From NCBI GenBank assembly GCA_963422645.2, contig CAXXVO010000019.1:1-16706 (forward strand): a stretch of DNA of 16,706 nt, in the 5' to 3' direction. The stretch is from Alphaproteobacteria bacterium (GTDB lineage: Bacteria > Pseudomonadota > Alphaproteobacteria > UBA828). Below, piece after piece: positions 1 through 7,718 of the stretch. Below the pieces are notes generated by a model. The model did not search any database, was not told the origin of the DNA, and saw nothing but the letters and a program-made list of their open reading frames with translations. Within the stretch, counting starts at the first letter, position 1. Each line of letters begins with the position of its first letter. The translations under genes were made by a program, and so were the position numbers.

Positions 1-2
1 TC

Positions 3-614
3 CTGAACGCGGGTTTCGTCACCCGCGGTGCAAGCGGCATCGTCGACTTACCGCTGCCGGGAGAGGTGTCGATTCTGGGTCTTACAATCATACCGGCTTT
101 CGAGCCGGGTGAGCGGCTACCCTTCTTCTATCTTGCTGCGAGCCTATTGACGCTTGGTTTTGTGGCGCTTTGGTTGATTAACCGAAGCCGCCTTGGAGAT
201 GTTTTTCGTTCTCTGCGGCAAAACCAAGACTTGGCAGCGAGTTTCGGTATCAACGTCGCCAAGTACCGAGTCATCGCCTATGCAATCTGCTGCTTTTACG
301 GTGGCGTCGGAGGTGCGTTCTTCACAGGCTTCCAACAGAATATCTATCCTTCGTCCTATCAGGTAATCGATTCCGTCTACTTCATGATGTATTGCTTTAT
401 TGGGGGGCTGGATTATATCGCCGGGCCGATTGTCGGAGCGTTCGTGCTGGTCATCGGTTTTGAAATATTGCACGAGGTGGAGCGTTATCAGATTGTCGCC
501 TTCGGGGCGCTCATGATCCTGTGCATCGTATTTCTGCCAAACGGTCTCATAAGCCTTGTCGGCCGCGTCGCGCAGCTTGGCCAACTCCTTGGACGAGGCC
601 GCCATGCTTCTTGA
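3..614 (+). CDS. Branched-chain amino acid (HAAT) family ABC transporter permease, LivM-like; 5'-truncated by the window edge
   Basis: Frame is open from position 3 (LNAGFVTRGASGIVDLPLPGE...) into ORF 66-614. LivM-type motifs SRLGDVFRSLRQNQDLAASFGINV and FIGGL..IAGPIVGA, C-terminal IVFLPNGL, several hydrophobic helices. Stop overlaps the next ATG. Confidence 0.9.
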   Translation: MNAGFVTRGASGIVDLPLPGEVSILGLTIIPAFEPGERLPFFYLAASLLTLGFVALWLINRSRLGDVFRSLRQNQDLAASFGINVAKYRVIAYAICCFYGGVGGAFFTGFQQNIYPSSYQVIDSVYFMMYCFIGGLDYIAGPIVGAFVLVIGFEILHEVERYQIVAFGALMILCIVFLPNGLISLVGRVAQLGQLLGRGRHAS

Positions 615-1377
615 GGTGGAGGATCTTACCAAACGCTTTGGTGGCCTGACCGCGGTCAACGAGCTGAGCTTCGGGGTCGAGCAGAAATCGATCCTCTCGG
701 TCATTGGCCCCAACGGCGCGGGCAAGAGCACCCTGTTCAAACTCATCACCTCCTTCGAACGACCGAACCGTGGTCGGGTGCACTTCAACGGCGAAAACAT
801 CACGGCTCTAGGACCGCACGTGGTAGCGCGCAAGGGCGTCGTACGGACATTTCAGGAGAACACGATCTTCAAGGAGATGACCGCAATCGAAATGGTCATC
901 CTTGCTCACCATCAACGAAGCCGCGCCGGCATCTTCGGCATGGTTCTGGGCAGCGCCGCAGCGCGCGCGGATGAAGCAGCGTTTCGTCGCTCTTCAGAGG
1001 AAATCCTTGAGCTTCTGGATATGGCCGATGTGGCACAGGAGTTGGCGACGAACCTGCCGCACGGCTATCTGCGAGCGCTCGGCATCGCGGTTGCATTGGC
1101 CACCAAGCCCAAGGTCTTGCTCCTGGACGAGCCCTTTACGGGGCTCAACCCTGAGGAGACCCAACGCGGCATGAAGCGCGTGCGGGCGCTGCGCGATGCC
1201 GGAATTACCATTGTCTTGGTCGAACATGACATGAGTGCCGTCATGTCGATCAGCGATCGCATCATCGTTCTCAATTTCGGCACCAAGATCGCCGAGGGTA
1301 TCCCCAGTGCGATCCAGAACGACGAAGCGGTGATCGAGGCCTATCTGGGCGCCGAGGACGAGGAACTGGGCGCATGA
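604..1377 (+). CDS. ABC transporter ATP-binding protein, LivG-like
   Basis: ATG at 604 (MLLEVEDLTKRFGGLTAV); Walker A GPNGAGKST, VRTFQ, Walker B LLLDEP, VEHDM, C-terminal VIEAYLG. Confidence 0.93.
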   Translation: MLLEVEDLTKRFGGLTAVNELSFGVEQKSILSVIGPNGAGKSTLFKLITSFERPNRGRVHFNGENITALGPHVVARKGVVRTFQENTIFKEMTAIEMVILAHHQRSRAGIFGMVLGSAAARADEAAFRRSSEEILELLDMADVAQELATNLPHGYLRALGIAVALATKPKVLLLDEPFTGLNPEETQRGMKRVRALRDAGITIVLVEHDMSAVMSISDRIIVLNFGTKIAEGIPSAIQNDEAVIEAYLGAEDEELGA

Positions 1378-2090
1378 ACGTGTATTTCGAGGCTCGCGAC
1401 CTCGTCGTCCGCTATGATCGAGTAATTGCAGTCCGTGGCGTTTCGATAACGCTTCGCCAAGGCGAGGTCGTCGCGCTTGTGGGTGCCAACGGCGCGGGCA
1501 AGACGAGCATTCTCCGCGCGGCAACGGGCCTCAGCAGGCCGGCGGGTGGCGAAATCTGGTTTGACGGCCATCGCCTCGATGGACAGAACATCGACAAGAT
1601 TGTTTCACACGGCGTCGTCATGGTTCCTGAAGGCCGCCGCATCTTTCCTTACATGAATGTTCGCGACAATCTTCTGCTTGGCGCGCATAGGCGACGTGGC
1701 TCGGGGGCAATACGCGCTGATCTTGATCGTATTTTCCATCGCTTTCCGGTGCTTCGCGAACGCCAGCGCCAACAAGGCGGAAGTTTGAGTGGCGGCGAAC
1801 AGCAAATGGTCTCGATGGGTCGCGCACTCATGGCGCGCCCGAAACTTCTGCTGCTTGACGAACCTTCTCTCGGATTGGCCCCCATGATGGTGCGCGAGAT
1901 CGCGCGCGCTATCACGGCGATCAATGCCGATGACGGCGTCAGCGTTATTCTTGTCGAGCAGAACTCGCGCATGGCGCTGAAGATTTCCCACCGGGCCTAT
2001 GTCCTGGAAACCGGCAGCGTGGCGCTTGCTGGGCCTTCGGATGAGCTCATGGGCAATGACCACGTTCGCAAGGTCTATCTCGGCGGGTGA
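1374..2090 (+). CDS. ABC transporter ATP-binding protein, LivF-like
   Basis: ATGA overlap with the previous gene; GANGAGKTS, VPEGRRIF, signature LSGGEQQM, LLLDEPSLGLAP, LVEQN, C-terminal YLGG. Confidence 0.93.
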   Translation: MNVYFEARDLVVRYDRVIAVRGVSITLRQGEVVALVGANGAGKTSILRAATGLSRPAGGEIWFDGHRLDGQNIDKIVSHGVVMVPEGRRIFPYMNVRDNLLLGAHRRRGSGAIRADLDRIFHRFPVLRERQRQQGGSLSGGEQQMVSMGRALMARPKLLLLDEPSLGLAPMMVREIARAITAINADDGVSVILVEQNSRMALKISHRAYVLETGSVALAGPSDELMGNDHVRKVYLGG

Positions 2091-2125
2091 CGGATACACA
2101 CACCCAACCACGGTTCGGAGGCATC

Positions 2126-2905
2126 ATGCGCATCAAGATCATCAATCCTACGACGACGGAGTCCTTCACCCGGAAAAACTATGAAGCCGGGTGTATGGTC
2201 GCTGCTGCCGGCACGGACGTGATCTCCACCGCTGTTGAGTCGGGGCCGGTGTCCATCGAAGGGCACTACGACGAGGCCGCTTGTGTCATCGGCATCCTCG
2301 AGGAAATCCACAAGGGCGAACGCGAAGGCATCGATGGCTACGTTATCGCCTGCTTTGGCGATCCTGGTGTCCTGGCAGCACGTGAGGCTGCCCGTGGCCC
2401 GGTCATCGGAATCGCCGAGGCCGCCATGCATGTGGCCAGCATCGTGGCGACCGGCTTTTCGGTCGTAACCACATTGGCACGGACCAAGATCATCACCGAA
2501 CACCTCGTCAAGATTCACGGATTCGAAGGACAGTGCCGCAGGATTCGCGCCACAGACCTCGAAGTGCTGGCGCTGGAGGACACTGGATCGGACTCCTACC
2601 GCATCATCGTTGAGGAATGCCGTCGTGCCTTGGTCGAGGACGAATCCGGCGCCATTGTCCTGGGATGCGCCGGTATGGCCGACATCACGGCTCAGATCTC
2701 CGAGGACATCGGAGCGCCGGTCGTCGAAGGAGTCTCAGCAGCAGTGAAGATCATCGAGGGGATCGTCGCGCTCGGGTTGGGCACCAGCAAGTTGGGTGAT
2801 CTGGCCTATCCGCTTAGCAAACCCTATAGCGGCTCCGTCGGCCATCTGTCCGCCGACCGCCATTTCGCTTCCGAGACCGGAGCACGCCGAAGCGCGGCTG
2901 AATAG
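2126..2905 (+). CDS. hpxA: Allantoin racemase / hydantoin racemase (Asp/Glu/hydantoin racemase family, HpxA-like)
   Basis: GGAGG RBS at 2117-2121, ATG at 2126 (MRIKIINP). Motifs SIEGHYDEA, IACFGDPG (first catalytic Cys), PVIGIAEAAMH, FSVVTTL, AIVLGCAGM (second Cys), TSKLGDLAYP match Klebsiella HpxA-type racemases as I recall them. Adjacent to puuE. Confidence 0.85.
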   Translation: MRIKIINPTTTESFTRKNYEAGCMVAAAGTDVISTAVESGPVSIEGHYDEAACVIGILEEIHKGEREGIDGYVIACFGDPGVLAAREAARGPVIGIAEAAMHVASIVATGFSVVTTLARTKIITEHLVKIHGFEGQCRRIRATDLEVLALEDTGSDSYRIIVEECRRALVEDESGAIVLGCAGMADITAQISEDIGAPVVEGVSAAVKIIEGIVALGLGTSKLGDLAYPLSKPYSGSVGHLSADRHFASETGARRSAAE

Positions 2906-3522
2906 GCCTGATCGTTGGAGAGAGATCGGACAGAGAAAGGGAGGAAGAAATGAACTATCCGCGGGACATGATCGGCTATGGCAAGACCCCCCCCCATGCC
3001 AATTGGCCAAACGGCGCCCGGATCGCGGTGCAAGTCATCTTTGCCTATGAGGAGGGGGGCGAGAATTGCATCCTTCACGGCGACGCCGCCTCGGAGGCGT
3101 TCCTGTCCGAGATCGTCGGCGCCCAGCCCCTGGTGGGCGTGCGCAACATGAACATGGAATCGATCTACGAATATGGCAGCCGTGTCGGGTTTTGGCGGCT
3201 GTTGCGATTGTTCGAGGAACGCAAGATCAATACCACTGTGCTGGCCATCGGCATGGCGCTGGAGCGTCACGCTGAGGCCGCAGCGGCTATGATCGAAGGC
3301 GGTCATGAAGTGGCGAGCCACGGCTGGCGCTGGATCGACTATCAGTATGTGGGGGAGGAAACTGAGCGCCAGCACATGCAGCGTGCCATCGAATCCATCG
3401 AAAAGATGACCGGACAACGGCCACTGGGGTGGTACACGGGGCGCATGAGTCCGCAAACACGCCGGCTCGTGGTCGAGGAAGGCGGATTCCTCTACGACGC
3501 GGATTCCTACTGCGACGATCTT

Positions 3523-3548
3523 TGAGGTGGCCCCGGAAAATCGGACAG
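3523..3548 (+). repeat. IS left terminal inverted repeat (IRL)
   Basis: TGAGGTGGCC...TCGGACAG, inverted copy at 4842-4867. Confidence 0.92.
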
Positions 3549-3588
3549 GTGTCTAAGGTGTATTCCACCGTCTGACGGAGGAATACAG

Positions 3589-3873
3589 ATGAGCAGCAAG
3601 CGACGCAGATTTTCAGGGCAGCTGAAGGCGAAGGTAGCGCTTGAGGCGCTTCAGGGTGATCGGACACTTCAGGAGATTGCCTCGAAATACCAGGTTCACC
3701 CGAACCAGGTGGGCGCCTGGAAGCGCCAGGCGATCAAGGGGCTGGGCGAGGTGTTCTCGAAGGGCGCCGAGGGTCGGGTCCGGGACCATGAGAGCGAGGT
3801 CCGCGATCTTCACGCCAAGATCGGGGAGCTGATCGTGGAGCGGGATTTTTTGTCGCGCGGGTCCGGTCGATGA
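3589..3873 (+). CDS. IS3-family transposase OrfA (HTH domain)
   Basis: GGAGGA RBS; RRRFSGQLKAKVALEAL..RTLQEIASKYQVHPNQVGAWKRQ HTH followed by LHAKIGELIVERDFL coiled-coil end. Confidence 0.92.
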   Translation: MSSKRRRFSGQLKAKVALEALQGDRTLQEIASKYQVHPNQVGAWKRQAIKGLGEVFSKGAEGRVRDHESEVRDLHAKIGELIVERDFLSRGSGR

Positions 3874-4805
3874 GCCGGCCGGAGCGCCGCGCGATGGTGG
3901 AGCGCGATCACCCGGCGCTGAGCCTGAGCCGGCAATGCCGCCTGCTGTCGATCGGGCGCTCCTCGCTCTACTACGCAGCGAAGGGCGAGAGCGCGGAGAC
4001 CCTGGCGCTGATGCGTCGGATCGACGAGCTGTTCCTGAAGTATCCGTTTTATGGCGCCCGCCAGATGGTCCGGCACCTGCGCCGCGAGGGCGTGCGGATT
4101 GGGCGCGGCCGGGCCGCTCGCCTGATGCGCCTGATGGGGCTTGAGGCGATCTATCGGGCACCGCGGACCAGCGCGCCGCATCCCGAGCACCGGGTCTACC
4201 CTTATCTGCTGCGGGGTCTGGCGATCGAGCGGGCGAACCATGTCTGGTGCGCCGACATCACCTACATCCCGGTGCGGCGCGGCTTCCTTTACCTGGTGGC
4301 GATCATGGACTGGGCGAGCCGGTACGTGCTGGCCTGGCGGCTGTCGAACACGCTGGACGCGGGCTTCTGCACGGACGCGCTCGACGAGGCCCTGGCTCGG
4401 CATGGCGCGCCGGAGATCTTCAACACCGATCAGGGCAGCCAGTTCACCAGCTTCGTCTTCACCGGCCGCTTGCAGGCGGCCGGCATCCGGATCTCGATGG
4501 ACGGCCGGGGCCGGTGCATGGACAACATCTTCATCGAGCGGCTGTGGCGCTCGCTCAAATACGAGGCGGTCTACCTGCACGACATCGCCGACGGTTTCCA
4601 GGCCCGGCGCCTGATCCGTGATTGGATCGGCTTTTACAACGCCGAGAGGCCTCACTCGGCGCTGGGAGGGAGAACCCCGGCCGAGGCATACCGCGGCGAG
4701 ACGCCTGTGGATATGATGGACAAGCCGCTACGCGCCTTGACCACATCTCCACAGGCGCAACAGCAGCAACAGGAAGATCGATTCAAGAGGATCATGGCGG
4801 CCTGA
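3870..4805 (+). CDS. IS3-family transposase OrfB (DDE/rve integrase core)
   Basis: In the -1 frame relative to OrfA with ATGA overlap; DDE triad in VWCADITYIP, FNTDQGSQFTS and DNIFIERLWRSLKYE; YNAERPHSALG. Confidence 0.94.
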   Translation: MSRPERRAMVERDHPALSLSRQCRLLSIGRSSLYYAAKGESAETLALMRRIDELFLKYPFYGARQMVRHLRREGVRIGRGRAARLMRLMGLEAIYRAPRTSAPHPEHRVYPYLLRGLAIERANHVWCADITYIPVRRGFLYLVAIMDWASRYVLAWRLSNTLDAGFCTDALDEALARHGAPEIFNTDQGSQFTSFVFTGRLQAAGIRISMDGRGRCMDNIFIERLWRSLKYEAVYLHDIADGFQARRLIRDWIGFYNAERPHSALGGRTPAEAYRGETPVDMMDKPLRALTTSPQAQQQQQEDRFKRIMAA

Positions 4806-4841
4806 GAAACAACCGGAATACACCTTACCTTGGCCGCTAAG

Positions 4842-4867
4842 CTGTCCGAATAGGCGAGGCCACCTCA
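4842..4867 (-). repeat. IS right terminal inverted repeat (IRR)
   Basis: CTGTCCGAATAGGCGAGGCCACCTCA, followed by the target duplication CTT. Confidence 0.92.
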
Positions 4868-5230
4868 CTTCCCTATTGGCTCGACGTGGAGGGCAAACAA
4901 CATCTCGTCATCCCCTACACCTTGGAAGCCAACGACATGCGCTTCGCTAGTGCGCAGGGATTCAACTCGGGCGATCAGTTCTATACGTATCTCAAGGACA
5001 CCTTCGACGTCTTGTATGCCGAAGGTGCGGAGCTGCCGAAGATGATGTCGGTGGGCTTGCACTGCCGACTTGCAGGCCGTCCCGGACGCATTGCCGCGCT
5101 CCAGCGTTTCCTCGACTACATACAGGGCCACGAGAAGGTCTGGATTTGCACACGTCTCGATATCGCCCGTCATTGGCACGAACACCATCCACCGGCCTGA
5201 GGTGTTCCGGTCACATGCGCGAGGTCTGTC

Positions 5231-6474
5231 ATGCCTGACACCGGGACCCAGGCTACCAAGATCCTGGAGCGCATCGAGACGTTGGCGGGCTTCTCCGAAC
5301 TCGACGGCGGTTTGACGCGAGTTGCATTCTCGAAGGAGTGCCGGGCCGCGTCCGGGGCGGTGATCGCGTGGATGACCGAGGCCGGCATGGAGGTCCGCCT
5401 CGATGCCGTCGGTAACGTCGTGGGTCGCTACGAGGGTGAGACGCCGGGTCTGCCGTGCCTGATGATGGCTCCCATCTCGACAGCGTTCGCGATGCCGGCA
5501 AGTATGACGGGCCTCTCGGTGTCCTGGTTCCGCTGGCGTGCGTCGAGGCGCTCCACGAGGCCGGACGTCGCTTGCCCTTCGCCGTCGAAGTCGTGGGCTT
5601 CGTCGATGAGGAGGGTGTGCGCTTCAGGAGTACGCTCCTGGGAAGCCGCGGCGTCGCCGGAACCTTCGAGGACCAGGCTCTCGACGCAACCGACGAAGCC
5701 GGCATCAGTGTGGCCCAGGCCATGCGCGATTTCGGTCTGGATCCTGCCGCCATCCCCACGGCGGCCAGGAAGCGCGAGGACGTGCACGCCTATGTCGAGT
5801 TCCATATCGAGCAGGGCCCAGTGCTCGAAGACGAGGATCTGCCGGTGGGCGTTGTGACGGCAATCAGCGGTCAGACCCGGCTGAGGGCCACGATCGAGGG
5901 CGTTGCTGGCCATGCCGGCACCGTTCCGATGACACTGCGTCGCGATTCGCTGGCAGCGGCTTCGGAGTGCATCGTGGCGGTTGAGAGCTTGTGCCGCGAC
6001 GGTCCTCCCGGGCTCGTAGGGACCGTCGGCGAACTCGCGGTAAGTCCGGGGGCCTCCAATATCATCGCCGGGAGCACGCGCTTCAGCCTCGATATCCGCA
6101 GCCCCGTCGACCACGAGCGTCGCAAAGCCGTCTCCTCGATCGAGGATGCCATGAAGCGGATCGTCGATCGCCGTGGGCTGCGCTTGACAGTGGAGAGGAC
6201 CTTCGATTGCGATAGCTGCGGCTGTGCCCCGTGGCTGATGGACCAGCTCGGCGCGGCAATCCAAGCCGAGTCTCTTCCGGTGCGTCATCTGCCAAGCGGA
6301 GCCGGACATGACGGCATGGCGATGATTGCGCTCACCGATATCGCGATGCTGTTCCTGCGCTGCAAGGGCGGCATATCGCACAATCCCCTTGAGGCGGTGA
6401 GCCACGACGACGTTGAGACAGGCTTGCGGGTTATGCAGCGATTTATCGAACAATTTGAACCGGAGCGAGCATGA
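5231..6474 (+). pseudogene. Allantoate amidohydrolase / N-carbamoyl-amino-acid hydrolase (M20, AllC/HpxK-like) with a 1-bp frameshift at about 5467-5468 (genuine lesion or sequencing error)
   Basis: Frame from 5231 gives GGLTRVAFS..DAVGNVVGRYEG..LMM; the other frame gives GSHLDSVRDAGKYDGPLGV, VDEEGVRF, EFHIEQGPVL, GHAGTVPM, PSGAGHDG, GGISHNPLE. ATGATGGCTCC needs one extra G (ATG ATG GGC TCC) to join into a 414-aa protein. Confidence 0.88.
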
Positions 6475-7718
6475 TGCCGACACATGAAGAAGCCCGCACT
6501 GCAATAGAAGCGTATGTTGACGATCACCACGACGATGCGGTTGAGGCGCTGAAGGCGCTCGTCGCCGTACCCTCCGACAATCCCCCGGGTGATTGCGCCG
6601 CGCACGCCGATCGGGCCGCTGCATGGCTCTCCGGCCTTGGGCTTACTGTCGAACGGCATCCGGTACCCGAAGAGCTTGTTCGGGAGAACGGGATGATCTC
6701 GGCGACCAATCTGGTAGTTCGTGAGTCCTTCGGCGCCGGACCGGTGTTCGCGCTCAACGCCCATGGCGACGTGGTGCCGCCGGGGGAGGGTTGGACCGCG
6801 GATCCCTATGGCGGCGAAATCCGAGAAGGCTGGATGATGGGCCGCGGCGTGGCGACCTCCAAGTCGGACTTCGTGACCTACACCCATGCGCTCCTCGCTC
6901 TGAAGTCCACAGGTGTTCCGCTCAAGGGCGGCATCGAGCTGCACTTCACCTACGACGAAGAAGCGGGTGGCGCCATCGGCCCGGGTTGGCTTCTGGAGCA
7001 AGGGATCACGCGGCCCGACTACGCCATCAGCGCCGGCTTCTCCTATAGCGTGGTGTCAGCGCACAACGGCTGCCTCCACCTCGAAGTGGAGGTCCGCGGC
7101 GTCTCGGCGCACGCCGCTGCGCCGCACACGGGACGCGATGCGTTGCAGGCGGCGAACGCAATTCTCTCCGATCTCTACGTCGCCGGCACTGAGTGTGCCG
7201 AGCACGTCTCCTCCTACACAGGCATCACCAGCCCAACGCTCGTAGTCGGGCTGATCTCGGGTGGCATCAATACGAATGTCGTGCCCGATCGCGTGACCTT
7301 CCGTCTCGACCGCCGCCTGATCCCGGAAGAGAACCCCGAAGCCGTCGAGGCCGACCTGCGGGCACGTATCGCCGGTGTGGCGGAAGGCTTCGATGGGATC
7401 AGCCACAATGTGACGAGGATTCTCCTGGCGCATCCTCTGGTTCCCGTGTCGGGTTCGGAGGCACTGTGCGAGGCGCTCGCGCGAAATGCCCAACCGATTC
7501 TCGGCGACGATATCCCCACACTGGGACTACCCCTCTACACAGATGCCCGCCATTACAGTGCCGCCGGCGTACCCACCGTGCTCTACGGTGCCGGCCCCCG
7601 GACAATCTTCGAAGCCAATGCCCATCGCGCCGACGAGCGCCTCAAGCTCGATGATCTCCACAAGGCAACCAAGATCGTCGCGCTGGCCCTCTTCGACCTT
7701 CTGCACAAAGGTGTCTGA
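6471..7718 (+). CDS. M20 family metallo-hydrolase (ArgE/DapE-like), atypical metal-ligand set
   Basis: ATGA overlap with the upstream stop; VPSDNPPG, NAHGDVVPPG, W..DPYGGEI..G.MMGRG, TYDEEAGG, G.SAHAA.PHTG.DAL, GGINTNVVPD, TDARHY, YGAGP, AHRADE. Confidence 0.88.
   Translation: MMPTHEEARTAIEAYVDDHHDDAVEALKALVAVPSDNPPGDCAAHADRAAAWLSGLGLTVERHPVPEELVRENGMISATNLVVRESFGAGPVFALNAHGDVVPPGEGWTADPYGGEIREGWMMGRGVATSKSDFVTYTHALLALKSTGVPLKGGIELHFTYDEEAGGAIGPGWLLEQGITRPDYAISAGFSYSVVSAHNGCLHLEVEVRGVSAHAAAPHTGRDALQAANAILSDLYVAGTECAEHVSSYTGITSPTLVVGLISGGINTNVVPDRVTFRLDRRLIPEENPEAVEADLRARIAGVAEGFDGISHNVTRILLAHPLVPVSGSEALCEALARNAQPILGDDIPTLGLPLYTDARHYSAAGVPTVLYGAGPRTIFEANAHRADERLKLDDLHKATKIVALALFDLLHKGV

Larger units (their letters stand above)
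3523..4867 (+). mobile_element. IS3-family insertion sequence, 1345 bp, apparently intact
   Basis: 5'-TG...CA-3' ends; imperfect terminal IRs TGAGGTGGCCCCGGAAAATCGGACAG vs TGAGGTGGCCTCGCCTATTCGGACAG (21/26 by hand count); 3-bp direct repeat CTT at 3520-3522 and 4868-4870; orfA/orfB organisation. Confidence 0.96.
2950..5200 (+). pseudogene. puuE: PuuE-type allantoinase (polysaccharide deacetylase fold) interrupted by an IS3-family element; fragments 2950-3522 and 4871-5200
   Basis: N-part: MNYPRDMIGYG, YEEGGE, ESIYEYGSRVGFWR, HEVASHGWRW, GWYTGR, DSYCDDL. C-part resumes PYWLDVEGKQHLVIPYTLEANDMRF...MMSVGLHCRLAGRPGR. Removing the IS and one CTT copy restores a continuous 300-aa ORF. Confidence 0.93.

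Noticed and set aside
3523-3525. In-frame TGA after ...YCDDL as possible selenocysteine or readthrough codon
   Set aside because: It is the first three bases of the IS left end; the true gene continues at 4871.
3810-4655. 281-aa antisense ORF within the IS
   Set aside because: Mirror frame of GC-rich orfB with no motif or RBS support.
4830-4856. Outward-facing promoter in the IS right end (TTGGCC...TAGGCG)
   Set aside because: 15-bp spacer and poor -10; not supportable.
5455-5480. Programmed frameshift in the allantoate amidohydrolase
   Set aside because: No slippery heptamer or stimulatory element; a lost G (mutation or sequencing error) is simpler.
5473-5857. 208-aa ORF 5231-5857 as an independent protein
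   Set aside because: Beyond codon 79 it is out-of-frame read-through caused by the frameshift.
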